Below are positions 25,660-38,780 of a DNA stretch of 64,000 nucleotides, piece by piece. Each line of letters begins with the position of its first letter. The first letter of the stretch is position 1. The position numbers and the translations under genes were made by a program. The notes below the pieces were generated by a model that saw only the letters and a list, made by a program, of their open reading frames with translations, made no database searches and was not told where the DNA came from. The stretch is from positions 29,326,001 to 29,390,000 of the forward strand of contig JBHGNT010000001.1 of NCBI GenBank assembly GCA_043228905.1, written 5' to 3'. This DNA comes from Azolla caroliniana. Taxonomy: Eukaryota; Plantae; Polypodiophyta.

Positions 25660-28600
25660 TTGTGAGTACACTTTGACGGTCTCTTGCTTGGAGTGGATAG
25701 AAGATGACAATGAATAGTATTAACGTTTCTAAAGAAGTGAATGTGGCCTATTAGACCCAAACAATATAGATTGTATAACTTGTCCCGAAAATAAGGTTAG
25801 GAAACACTGGAGAGAGAGAGAGGTTGCAATTAATAAATGTGTGAGCAACTTATATAATGGCTATCATGGCCTTAATTATTGATATGATCCATGATTAATA
25901 ATAAAGGACACACTCATAGCCCTCCCCCCAAGTTTTATTTGTTTATGTATAGAGCTAGGAGCCTAGGACTAGAGCTCACTTTATATGTAGATAATATGTG
26001 TATCATTTCCTCACTTATATGGGAAGATAGATTCTCCTCTAGTAGTCTTTTCCCAAGTTTCGGACCATCTGCCGTTAGCCTTAACACGTTAAAAAATACA
26101 AAAACAACTTTTCATGTCTCTGAATAATATCGGTTCTTTCTATCATTGTCTTTGTCATTTTGTTTGACTTTCTTATGTAGTGAACCAATAATTAAGCTAC
26201 AATGAATCATTCTCATTGGCCCTTTCTTAGGGTTTTCTTCCGACCATAGTTCGTCAACATATTCTGTCACATGTTTCTATCAAAGTCATTATTCAATGAA
26301 TATGTAAGAAAAACAAAGAATCCAAGTTGAACATGCTAAGCAATGAGAATAATAATATAAATGCTAAGCTAGTACATTAACAAGGTTTCATTATATTTAG
26401 AGCACACCCTGAACAAAATAACAAAGTTTCATGAACATTTCTTCATAATGCCCCTTCCTTCTCAACTATATTTCAGGAACCCTTCTTTGATTAGATATAT
26501 TTCTTTTTATGTCAACATGCATTGTGTTTGTTGGGAGGACTCCATTATCGAGGAAGAGCTATCCTCTATATAACGACGAAGTTTCAAGCTATATGTGTTT
26601 TTAGGGAGGGATTCAATATTGTTTTGACACATCTTAGTGTAGATATCCATTCACCACTTTAACTTATGCAATTCAAGCAAAATAGAGTAAATTTGTGCAT
26701 AAGGAATTTACTTTTCTTTATGTTAAGAAAATGACCAAGGCGTATACAAATCAGGCTATGTACACTCTACTATTTCTAGGTCGCTTCCATATATATTTGG
26801 CTATCGTTTTGTGACACCTTAGATAAAAAAGGTGGGGTAATTGTTGTCCACGTAACACCAAACGATTTCCTTACAAAACATGTTATTTTTCAACAAGCAT
26901 CAAGACATAACTAGAAAGCTTTTGAACGTAGCTAGACATTGATATCATTGAAAGCAATATGGGTGATTTGCATGCCAAGGGGGGTAGAGCAAGTGAGGTG
27001 GTTGGAAGCACCATTTTGGATATCATGATGTGATGTCCACCAATGGTGTGGTTGCCCAGAGTGAGAGAAATTGTGTTCGTGCCGACACTTGTGATTGAGA
27101 ATCTCCCTATAGGTTTTCGAATTGTGCATGCAAGGATACCATTGGATCAAACAAACCCCATGTATAGCTACTGGCAATACTATCAAATGCATGGATGAGT
27201 GATTTTAATTAGGGGGAATATCAAACAAACCAGTTGTTTAAGTACCAACAATATGATCAAAAGCACCACCTTGTATTAGGAGTAGTATCGAGGGGAATAT
27301 CAAATGCACCCATGAGGGTACACTCCTTGTTTGATGACATATCAAAAGCACTCCTCTTGTTAGCACTATCAAGGGTACCATCAAAAGATTCCCTTGTGAA
27401 AAGTACGTCGATGTTTTTAAATGGGCATCCACTAATCATGTATTCATTACATTATTTCTTTGCTAACTAGCGTGTCCTTGTCTTTATCATCACTCAATTT
27501 GTATAAGATGACCTAATGATCTTGATTTTTAATGAGGAATGTAAATTCAAATAAGGATGAACGTCATTCATTAACAATTACTGCATATTTGTTCAACATT
27601 AATGACCATTGCTTTAATCATCATTTTAACTTCGAGCATAATTAACCATTTTCTAAATGTTACAATATATATATATATATTCCAAAAAAAACTCCTTCCA
27701 TTTGTTATAAAATTTTACAAATGAGACGATTATGTACAAATCCCTAAAGGGACGCGATAGTTCCATCTAATGTGGAAACCCATTGACTCAAGAAAGGGAG
27801 AAGACGAACATTGTTGGATGAAGGCTATGCGTTGTCTTTCAACACCCTTGGAGCCACCTTTAAGGCCATCATATTGGCTCTTCAGAGTGGCTACAATTTC
27901 ACTCCATATCTCTTGCAGTAACCTAGTTGGATGGGTGGTTTGGTTGGAGAAGACTCGCCTACATCGTTGTTTCCATAGAATCCAAAGGGTTATTGGGCTG
28001 ACCAATTCCAACACCTCTTGAGATTTGTCATTAAGAGGAATAGAGTGGACATTGCCGCTGGAGGAGAAAAGGACCTCTTGTGCTTTTATCACCAAAGTCA
28101 TCCCCTCCTCCTGATGCTCATATCGGCCAATTGCAGCCTGCCATGATAGCCAACATATATTTCCCCACTTGATTGAATCTTGCACCTGGCATAATTGCAA
28201 CAAGCGGCCAACCCCCCGTCATATTCTATGGGACGTTGGGTAGTCCCACAGAGCGTGTCGTATGGATTCTACTGCATGTGGGCACTCTACACAATTAGGA
28301 GAGCTAAGGTTCCCACGTTGCCATGCTCCCACCGGTAGGGACTTATGTATTAACAACCATTGGAAAGTGGTAATTCGCCTCGTGTGTTGTTGCTTCCAGA
28401 TTTTCTGCCAAAACTTGGTGATTATTGCGGAGGGAACTTGAAATGTGTGCCAGACCTTCACAACAGCCGGTTCTCGGGCGGCTTGAGCAGCTAGAATGTG
28501 GCGACCCAATCTAGTTGTGAATTGGAAGAAAGGGATGGGTTTGCTTCCTTGCCCCACGTAGGGATCACTCCATGTCCATTGCAAAGGGTCCCAACTGACC

Positions 28601-29382
28601 TTATGTAGCCATGTGTTTTCATGAGTACATATATGCCAATCGGGTTGTACTTTGATCGGATCAGGATCTACAATCGATTTATGACCAGTGTACGCGAGTA
28701 CTCGAATGGCGTTATTCTGTGTGGGTGTCTCAATGTCTCGCAATTCAGGGCCTTCGAGTATGTATGGTGATCCCCTACCTCTCGGGATCAGAGAACCCTC
28801 CTCCTCGTGGCCTATCCATTTCTCCATTGTCGTCCTTTGAGTAGCAGATTCCCTAATTAGTAGCGCGTTAATGATTTCCGATCTCATAGTCCATCCACCC
28901 CTGATTCCATGGAGTATATTCGCTTGATCTTGTAGTGGCATTGACATAAACCGTCGCCAACATTCTATACTTTTGCCTGGACCTTCTGCAACGTATCCCC
29001 ATGACAACCCCTTACATGATCCCAATAGTTGATTAAATTCATCCTTGAGACATGGGTTCCATAGGATATGTTGACTGAGCCCTCGACGAATGTCACACCA
29101 TGCCTTCCACATGGATGCATTGAATCTGTCCTCCAAATGGCGGGAGAAACTAGGTTTGGGATCCATCCCGTCTGGGGGGCCCAATTGAGCCCTTTTCGTG
29201 GCCTAAAGTAAGCGAAACGTAACCTCAGTAGCATTTTCCAACAATCATTTCCTGGTTGGAGTCCTCGCACCACAAATTTGGCAAGTAAGGCTTTCGATTG
29301 TGAAAGGGGATCAATAAGACCCAATCCCCCTCTCGACTTAGGCGTTGTGAGTATAGGCCATGCCACCTTGGCACGAGCTACA

Positions 29383-29654
29383 TGACGGGAACTCAACACT
29401 CCTTATGCGCAACGCTCGGCCACAACCGAGCTTAGATTGATACACAGAAAAACGGGAAATATTACGCGACACAAAGAAGAAGAAAGTACATAGGAGGTTT
29501 ACGTGGAAAACCCCAAACTAGGGGAAAAACCACGGCAGCCCACAGGCTGCAAACTGTCACTATGTAAGAATGTACAAAACAGTGAGTTCACGGAGGCAAC
29601 GACCTCGGACGCACGATCTTCGCCACAGGCGGTGGTTACAACAGAGGCAACGAC

Positions 29655-29699
<45 letters not shown>

Positions 29700-30162
29700 C
29701 AGTTACGCACACTGATCTCGTGCAAAACAGAAAATGACAACCACTACAACTGTTTGCCCTAAGTCATATTTATACTAATATGACTTTTCGGCTATTTACA
29801 AATATAGCCTCGATGGGCTCTCAAAAATATATTTACGAATACGTCTCTTCCTCCGGTTCTCACCGGGTATGCGTCATCCGGCTCTCCGTAGCCGGGTGCT
29901 CCTCATCCGGTTCTCACTAGGCCTGCACCATACGGCTCTCCGTAGCCGGGTACTCCTCATCCGGTTCATACCGGGCCTGCACCATCCGGCTCTCCGTAGC
30001 CGGGTACTCCTCATCCGGTTCATACCGGGCTTGCACCATCCGGCTCTCCGTAGCCGGGTACTCCTCATCCGGTTCATACCGGGCCTGCACCATCCGGCTC
30101 TCCGTAGCCGGGTACTCCTCATCCGGTTTCGCTTCCCATCCGGAGGGACCTGTCTCCCAACA
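29383..30162 (-). mobile_element. Solo LTR inserted in LINE ORF2
   Basis: TGACGGGA...TCCCAACA termini; 5-bp TSD CTACA (29378-29382, 30163-30167); removing it restores WSGKEDHVARAKVAW. Confidence 0.88.
29875..30128. repeat. 54-bp tandem repeat, about 4.7 copies, inside the solo LTR
   Basis: Unit CATCCGGCTCTCCGTAGCCGGGTACTCCTCATCCGGTTCATACCGGGCCTGCAC. Confidence 0.9.
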
Positions 30163-33100
30163 CTACATGGTCTTCCTTACCAGACCAAATGTAGTTGCGG
30201 ACCAGTCGTTGAATCTGATGTATACTTTCCTTGGAGATTGTCCAACCTGATAGACTGTACCATGCTGTTACGAGGAGTACCTGATTTGCCACTATGATGC
30301 GACTTGCTAGCGACAATTTTTTAGAGCTCCAATGTATCAACTTTTGTCGAATGGAAAGGATAACGGGTGCAATCATAGTCTCCAGCGGTATGTTGAAACC
30401 AATTTGAAAGCCCAAATATTTGGTGCTCGCTCCTTGATTGATCCACTTGAACGCGGGGTGTGGGTGCCACGCCGGATGTGTTTCCTGAGAGAGCCATATT
30501 GCACAGGATTTGTGCCAATTGATCATAGCGTTGGATCACTTGCAAAATAAAACTAGCCCACTCTCTAGCTTTTGGAGGTTTTCCAGGTCCCCTTGCAGGC
30601 AGACTGCTGTGTCATCTGCAAATTCTATATCTAGGATGCTTTGGTAAGAATGAGGTATGGGAAGACCACGTAGGTTGAGATGCCATGAGTTGAGAAAGCA
30701 AGAGAGTGTTTCGGCATATAATAGAAATAAGGATGGAGCTAGTGGGCATCCCTGCTGTACAGAGTGGGATATTCGGAAAAAGGGGCCCCTTTCACCTGCC
30801 AGCGAAACGCAACTGCTGCCATTCCTATAAAATCCTGCAATGCCTTTGATCCATGTCTCTTGAAAGCCGAGTTTCTTCATCACACTTTCTAGAAAGTTCT
30901 AGCACACCATGTCATATGCTTTCTCAAAATCTAGTAGCACCATCGCTACCTTCTTGTTGGTCTGCTTGGCAAGGGCTACTGCTTCCCAAAATGAGAAGAG
31001 GTTGTCTAGGATGCTCTGATTTCTAACGAAACCTATCTGGGACGGATGAATGAGTTGAGGGAGAAGTGGAGTTAAACGGCGTGCCACGATTTTTGCGAGC
31101 AACTTATAGACAGTATTGAGAAGAGTAATGGGCCGCCACTTGTGAATGTCGTTGGCATTCCCACCACTTTTAGGAATGAGATGTATCATCCCCTGTCCAA
31201 ATTCCTCCGGCATGCTTCTAGAGGTGATGATCTCCTCATATGCCTGGAGGAGTTCTTCTTTAATAGTGCCCCAAAGGCATGTGAAAAAGTGCGGGGTGAG
31301 ACCGTCAATTCCGGGGCAGCTCTCGGCATCTAAATCAGTGAGGGCCTCCCATATCTCAATGATTGATAGGGGATGCACGAGCCAGGTATTCATTTCCGGT
31401 GTGACTTTCTCGGGTATGCTTTGGAGGATAATATCATCGCTTATGTCTTCCCCTGTAGCTATCATGTATTCGGTAAGTAGGCGGCTATAATACCTTGTGG
31501 CAATATTCCTCATTTCGTCGTCATCCTCAGTGGTCGTTCCATCCTCCCGGTTGAGGCTGCGCATCACAGTTCTAGCGTGCCTCGGGCCTTTGGAGCGGAA
31601 GAATTCCTTTGTGGTTTTGTCCCCTACTCGAATCCATCGCACCATGCTGCCATGAAACTCCATGTCATATATTGCCTTTTCTACCATGCTAAGTTCCTGT
31701 TTGGCTGTGGCGACTTGTCTTGCAGTCCAAATACAGGATGGGTATCTCTGTTGGAGTCGTTGTAAGGCTATTAGTCCCCATTTTGTCCTCTGTCCCTTCT
31801 CCTGAGCATCCTTGCGTCTGGTCTTGACAATCTCATGTAGGAGAGTAGAGGCTCTTGTTAATTTAGCTAACAGTTTGTCCGATGCTGATGAGCCATTGAC
31901 GGGTAATGACCATTGATTGGATAGTTGGTCCTTCACGTCTATAAGTGTGTAAATATTGTGTGGGATGCGAGTCTGGACTGGGCCCCATTTTCGGTGCAAT
32001 TGAAAATGACCAGCTATCGGGTAATGGTCAGAGAAAGTCGTGCCTGGAGTTATGCGACACCACCCTCCCTTCGCTTTTAAAGCCTCCCCCACATAAATGT
32101 GGTCAATGCGAGATAGAGTGGGTCCACTATTCCGCCCATCTGATCGGGAGAATAGGAGAGAATCCCTTTTCCGTTGGAAGTTGGCAGAATGCCAGATGTC
32201 TCGCAGGTTAAGGTGGACACATAGCTTCTCCCATTGTTTGCATTCCCTTCCTTGTATAACTATGGGGTTGTTGTTGGAGCTATCATGAATGGATTCGATC
32301 ATATTAAAATCCCCTCCAATGCACCACTCTTCTGCACCCACTACATGTGGGCGGATGCGGTCCCAGAATGTTGCTCTTTCTATTCTGTTATTCGGAGCAT
32401 ACACATTCATGAAGTTCCATCATTGCCCTTGGATGGTCAGTGTGCAAAAATGTGCCCTACCAGGTATAAGTGATTCTTGGTGTATTAAGCCTTGAGCTAG
32501 ATGTTCCCGAATCAAAGTGCAAATACCACCATGATTTCCATCCTCCCCAATTGTTGGATCCCAAATCGTTCGCCATGATCCTGGTAGAAGGTCTCCGACT
32601 TCCTTTAACTGTGTGCTATCGAGGTGGTGCTCCTGCAACATGATGATGTCAGCACCACTCCTTAGTAAATATTCTTCAAGATCCCTTCTCAGTTTCCATC
32701 TATTTTGCTGGTCTAGTTTACTTCTGAGTCCTTGCACGTTCCATGTTATAATCTTCATACTCATGGAATGGGGTGGGAGGTTGCCAGTTGTGCCTGGTGC
32801 TTTGTACATCAGGTCGTGAGTGGGGAGCACTCACCATTTAGACATCCAGTCATTTCCAGGGATGGAATAATCCATGAGTGGAGTTTGTTGGCTATCTTGT
32901 GAGCTTCAATTTCCCCTTCATGCTTCTCATAGAAATAGACAAAGCTTGGAGTTAGTTGGGTGTTTATGATAGTCTGCAGGTGGATGTGGCAAAGATGGGG
33001 GTCCTCTTCATCCATGGTGCACCAGAATTCAGTGTTATGCCAAAGTTGCTTTAGTTCAGTCATGAGCTCTTCATCTCTTATTTGTGCTACAAAGCACGCT

Positions 33101-33419
33101 GCTTGACTACATAATATATCTTTAATCTTGGATTTCGACCAATCTTCCTAAGTCGGAAAAGAGATTGGGGTCGTCAGAACTCCGTTATTGTGCACCGCTG
33201 ATACATGTACCCTTATTTTTTCCACTGTCTTGAGCCCTATACCTAGCCATTTCAAGGCGTTTTGTGGGTGTGGTTCAAGGTCTTGGCTAGAGGAAGCACA
33301 CTCATTTGTGTCCGGGACGACTATGATTTGAGGCGTGACATTCGCACTTCTGCCTTGGGTTGTTGCTTTTGCATTGGGTGTCGTTCCACTCAAGCTCCTT
33401 ATTAGGGTCTGTACATGAC

Positions 33420-34514
33420 TTATTCGTCTGCGTTTCCCTGTTTTGTAAGCTTTAACGAGGGTCGTTCCTTGGGGCTTACGAAAGAACTAGGGGAATGCTC
33501 ATCTGTGGGGGGGAGCTCTTGTAGTAGATCAAAGCGATTGGGGCTCATAGGCGATGGAGGATTTTGTGCCGGAGATGTTTTTCGAAGGACATGGGTTTTT
33601 TCCACCACTCGCCATTCCATCACAGCCTTGTCGGGTCGTGGTGGGGGAGGCTTTTGATGTCTTATGGTATCCTGACCTTCCAGAGTCTCCTTTGTAGGAT
33701 CTTTAATACGTCTTGTGGGGCAATTCTTTTTTAAATGACTAAGTTTTTTGCATGCAAAACATTGCCCCAGTGCGCCAATCACTTCTATGCGTTGTTCAAT
33801 TCGCATTACGTTTTTCCCAGGAATGAGGATCTTGGAGGGAAGTTTATTGATGTCCTGCACCAAGAGGCAGATAGAGGGAGGGCCTAGGTGCTTCTTTAGT
33901 CTGTCTGCTAGCGTTAGTTCCTCATCCAACATCATCTCAAAGGAGTTGCCAATAGTAGGAAGTAACATGTTGTATTCTAAGCATAGTCCAGGAAACAAAA
34001 TTGTTACCTTTTTCATGGAGTCATCATGTTGTGCGGCTTTCTCTGGGTTAAAACCATGTGTCCATTTACGCATGAACAACCATGTATTTCGGACCTGGCA
34101 GGGGGAAAGTGCTATGAGGTTCGTTGCAGACTCCTTGTCTTCTAGTATGATTTGATAGAAGCCTTTACGAAGCTGTTGAACTTCTTTTATACCACGGAGT
34201 TGTGAATGAAATTGAGCTTGCAACATATCTCACAACAACCCTCTGTTTGGTCGTGATCCCAGCACTCAGCATATGACCGCCGCTATTCGCTCAAGCCGTT
34301 CTATCTCTTTCTCAAGTAGAAGCATCTCTTCGTTGTTGAAAATAATCTCAACAGGACCCCCGCTATCAAATATGTTTTTTCCATTATCGATCGAGGGGTC
34401 TGTTAGTGCAATGTGTTCAACAATGGTGATGTTTGGAGGTGCCATTAGTGATAAAATTGGACTGCGTCTCTTTCTCTCTTCTCCTTTTTTTTGGGGGGGG
34501 GGGGGGGGGTTCAC
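33420..34514 (-). pseudogene. LINE ORF1 (DUF4283-like region plus zinc knuckle), disrupted
   Basis: LRKGFYQI...WLFMRKW pattern and CFACKKLSHLKKNC (CX2CX4HX4C), upstream of ORF2. Confidence 0.75.
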
Positions 34515-35339
34515 TCCTCGAACAGTGAACCCCTCAAACTACGCTCCTCGAACAGTTGGGGGTGGGGGGGTTCACTCCTCAAACAATGTTTTTTTTGGGG
34601 GAGGTATTAGAGATCCAAGTACTAAAGTAAGCTTAAGATAAGGATAAACAAATGATAGATAGAAAGGAGAAAGAGAAAGAAGGGTGTCGATCCACCCGAA
34701 CACCCCCAAGCGAAGGGATCGAGACGGACTCGAGCCTCGATCGGCGTCCCATACCACCGCCGTGGCGTCGAGTCGTACCTGGTGCTGGCGCGCTCGCTAC
34801 AAGAGTTGACCCACCACAAGAGCAGAGTCTCGATGTAGTCAAAAGATGATCAAATGAGGGTAGCTAGGCCTCTTATTTATAGCAATACCCAAGGCCCCCA
34901 GGCAAGTTCACACTTGACCTAATGGGTTGTCTCAATCTCAAGGATTAAAAGTAATCCTCCCCTTCTTTACACTCTCGTTTAACCCTCACAGTTATCCACA
35001 TGTATAGAATACTACGGTAAATTCTCACCACGGGATATTAAATGGTCATGCCCGTAACATACTCCCCCTCTTTAAAACATTGCACTCTTGCAATGGAAAG
35101 TTAGGGAAATTAGTTCTAAGAGTATTTTCGCGTTCCCATGTGGCATCTTTTATTGATTTATCCATCCATTTTCGGTGGGTTGGATTCCCCATATCTGAAC
35201 CAAACGATCATTCACAAAATTGTGTGAGCTTCCCGAATCAAATAAAAATTGTACGGGAGATCCATTGATATACCCGTTTGCACGTAGTAAATCATTGGGA
35301 CCCAATACATAGTGAGGGAAAGAACATTGACAATTACTT

Positions 35340-36244
35340 AAATGATGTGTATAGACCTGAAGGACATTAGGAATCTGACCTTTATGGTCTGCAACTTTAG
35401 CTTTGTTGTCGTGCTCTTTCCGTTGGAGCTTTCGACATTGATCTTTTGTATAACCCTTCTTTTTGCAGAATACACAAAAAGGATGTTGTCACGTACAATC
35501 GCGATCCAGGAATTTGTTGGGTGTGCGTTTCCCATCAAATTGCAACTGCTTAGTCCCGGGCGCTTCGTTGGGTTTGTTATGGTCCTTCTTCGAAGTGCGT
35601 TGATAGCGAAGAACTATTTCAACGGTGTCGTGAAGAATTTTGGCCAGAGGCGGAAACCGGGAAACATTGGCTACATCGGCGGGGGTGCAGCGTGTGTACG
35701 CACCCATGTACATTTAGTGTAAATAATGAGGGCGCCTTTATGGCGCCGAAGAGTAGTCAAGTCGGGACAGACGATCCCATGTAAGTCGGGATTTATCCCA
35801 CATTGTAATGCATCCCTCTCCTTGTTCTATAAAAGGAAGGGAGCGCCCTTTGTGAAGGGTTGCCCATTTTTGCGTTAGAGGGTATACCGTTAGATTTAGG
35901 GTTAGTTATATTTTTCCTCTTCTTCTTCTTCTTCTTCTTCCCTTTCGTGTTCGCTTAGGGTTTGCTTCAGCTCTTCTCCTGTGCAAGACCCCGCTCGGCG
36001 CGACGAGCCGAGGGCTCCCCGACGACGGCTTGACAACAGACGACTGCTGTAACCTACCTTGGTCCGGCTCGAAGCCGGGAATGTATTCTTCCTTTATATA
36101 TATACATTTGTGTCTGTCTGTGTATATTCGCGTCTCTGTTGGTGTCGGGTGCTTCCCCTTTCCTGCGTTTCCTGTACATAAGGGCGTGAGTTAGGTCGGC
36201 ATGTGTGTTTGTGTGCGTGTGTGTGCGTGAGTCGGTGTTAAGCG

Positions 36245-36275
<31 letters not shown>

Positions 36276-37097
36276 CCTTCAGTTGCTTCCGGTGTGCTTC
36301 TGGGATGCCCCGGAAACGGTGAAGTACGACTTCCTACGCTCCGTCACTCCCTAGTCCAAGACCCCCGTGGTCCCGCCTTTCTCCACGCACGCGCGTAACA
36401 ACGCGACAACGGCCTCTTCGAAGGATTTTGGATCCTTATTGTGCACTATCCAGTGATAGTCCGAATTGGGGATGCCATTGACAAAACAAGCTATCAACCA
36501 ATTGTCCCCTTCTAGACCCGATTTTTGGATTTGGGTTCTAGCATGGTGAACATAGTCTTCTAGCAAGGAAAATTTCCTGCTAGAGAGGTTCATTAAAGCT
36601 TGTGCTGCCTCGGTTCGAGAGGGAGGTTGCAGAAATTGGCTCTTAAAAACCGTGACAAAATCTGTCCAGGTATCGGGCAATTTCCCCATAGTACGGAGCC
36701 CACGCCACCAGGCGGCGGCCTTACCCCCGAGTTCTCGGCCAACATATGCAATCTTCGTAGTATCTAGCGTGGGATAGAGCTCAAAATGTGACTCCCATCG
36801 TCCCAGCCATGTGCAGATTGCTTCTTCGGTTCTTTCCTTTTTGTCTCCCGTAAATGGCTTAACGACAAATGATGGTTCACCTTGTCGCTCATCAGGTCTA
36901 TTAGTCTCACGTTGTAGACTAATGACACGTGCCTCAAGAGCACTCTGAGATTGCCGAAGTTCGGTCATCTGTTGAGCGGTGAAACTAAGGTATTGGGTTA
37001 TTTGTGCCAAATACATCTCAGTGGACATTTGTCCAGGAGGATTCCCTTGAGTTCCTTCCGCTTGAGCGGATGACATCGGGTCGTTAATTTGAGCCAT
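35340..37097 (-). pseudogene. Retrotransposon gag, interrupted by a solo LTR
   Basis: Retrotrans_gag-like LGGKAAAWW..LPDTWTDF..FKSQF; continues after the insertion as AVEIVLRYQ... with a degenerate knuckle CVFCKKKGYTKDQC and one stop. Confidence 0.8.
35626..36408 (+). mobile_element. Solo LTR, TGTCGTGAAG family
   Basis: TGTCG...CGACA termini; 4-bp TSD ACGG; TATAAAAGG at about 35828. Confidence 0.88.
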
Positions 37098-38011
37098 TAA
37101 AAATTATTTCTGGAAAAGAAATAGGATAAGGTCAGAGAGATAGTCATAACATCATGTTGTGATGTAAACATATCATGGGCAAACATTAATTGATATCATG
37201 ATCTCACGTCAATACCCCTCTAGACGTATGAGATGAGGTTCAAGATCAGGTTACTATGGTAACACAAAGGTGTTTTAAAAACCATGGGGGTGACAAATAA
37301 ATGTCTTTCCCTGATCTCTATATCGATTTTTTCATGGTGGCTCCCCGAGGCTCAACCATGTATGTTCGCGTCATGAATAGTTTATACACGAAAAAAATGT
37401 TAACAATAAACTATGTTTCGGTGCCCACATATGTGGTTTCGGCTCTTTAAGTCCTATTACGAGGACCCCGAGGTGCACTTAGACCTTAAGTCTAAACATG
37501 TGTTATAGTCATATGTATCAAGGATGTTGTATGGTCTTGGTCATATTTGAACTCGAGACCTCGAGAACAAATACATTAAACACTTGAGCCAACCAAGTAA
37601 GTTGCTCTTCTTGAATGCTTAATGTTTGATGCGTATAAGAGATATGCGAGACAATTGATCATATATGTTTTTTTTAAAATAACATATATGTCAAGGGTCC
37701 TTATTTCGCCCTCATTTACCAAAACTATGTTGGTACGTTACCTAACCTCAAGTCTCGTAATTACGATGGCATACGCCAAAGTGCAACCTAATGGTCAAGC
37801 CAAATGAGCCCTCGTTTCGTAGTAGGCTCACGTGGCCCATCACATGGTCACGTCATTACGAATGCCTCTCGTAAGAACGAGCTCATGGTGGCATCGTATC
37901 CATGTAACGAGGGAGGGATGTTGGATACGTGCGTCATTGGAGCGACCTCACTTGAAGTGGGTCAAGCCCTACGTACTCAACATCATTATGGCTATTGGCG
38001 TTTCTTTACGT

Positions 38012-38780
38012 TGTCGTGAAGAATTTCGGCCATAGGCGAAAACCGGGAAACATTGGCTACATCAGTGGGGTGCAGCGTGTGTACGCACCCATGTACATTT
38101 AGTGTGAATATCGAGGGCGCCTTTATGGCGTCGAAGAGAGTCAAGTCGGGGCAGACGATCCCATGTAAGGCGGGATTTGTCCCACACTGTAACGCATCCC
38201 TCTCCTTGTACTATAAAAGGAAGGGATCACCCTTTGGAAAGGGGTTGCCCATTTTGGATTAGAGGGTATACCGGTAGGTTTAGGGTTAGGTTTCTTCTGC
38301 TTCTTCTTCTTCCCCTTCGTGTTCGTTTAGGGTTGGCTGCAGCTTATCTCCTGTGCAAGACCCCGCTCGGCGCGACGAGCCCAAGAGCTCCCCGACGGCG
38401 GCTTGACAGCAGACGACTGTTGTAAACTATCTTGGTCCGGCTCGAAGTCGGGATTGTATTCTTCTTCTATATATATACATATACGTTTGTGTCTGTCTGT
38501 GTATATTGGCGTCTTGTTGGTGTCGGGTGCTCCCCTTCTTCCCTGCGTTTCCTGTACATAAGGGCGTGAGTCGGGTCGGGTTGTGTGTGCGTGTGTGTGC
38601 GTGAGTCGGTGTTAAGCACGTTCTCTCTCTCTCTCTCGCTCTCTCTCCCTTCGGTTGCTTCCGGTGTGTTTCTGAGATGCCCCAGAAGCAGTGAAGCACG
38701 ACTTCCTACGCTTCGTCGCTCCCTAGTCCAAGACCCCCGTGGTCCCGCCTTTCCCCACGCACGCGCGTAACAACGCGACA
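38012..38780 (+). mobile_element. Second independent solo LTR, same family
   Basis: TGTCG...CGACA termini; its own 4-bp TSD ACGT (38008-38011, 38781-38784). Confidence 0.88.

Larger units (their letters stand above)
27730..32758 (-). pseudogene. LINE ORF2 (APE endonuclease - reverse transcriptase - zf-RVT), disrupted
   Basis: MKIITWNVQGL, LQEHH, NVYAP, GGDFN, SDHYP (endonuclease); WRPITLLN, LDFEKAYD, QGCPLAP, FADD (RT); CxxC..ESIRHALW; several stops and frameshifts, and a solo LTR insertion. Confidence 0.9.

Noticed and set aside
29869-30297. Repetitive proteins HPALRSRVLLIRF / MRSTRLRRAGW
   Set aside because: Translations of a 54-bp minisatellite inside a solo LTR.
35626-38780. One intact LTR retrotransposon bounded by the two similar about 780-bp repeats
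   Set aside because: Each repeat has its own TSD (ACGG, ACGT), there is no PBS or PPT, and the gag between them is antisense and continues beyond the left repeat. These are two solo LTRs.
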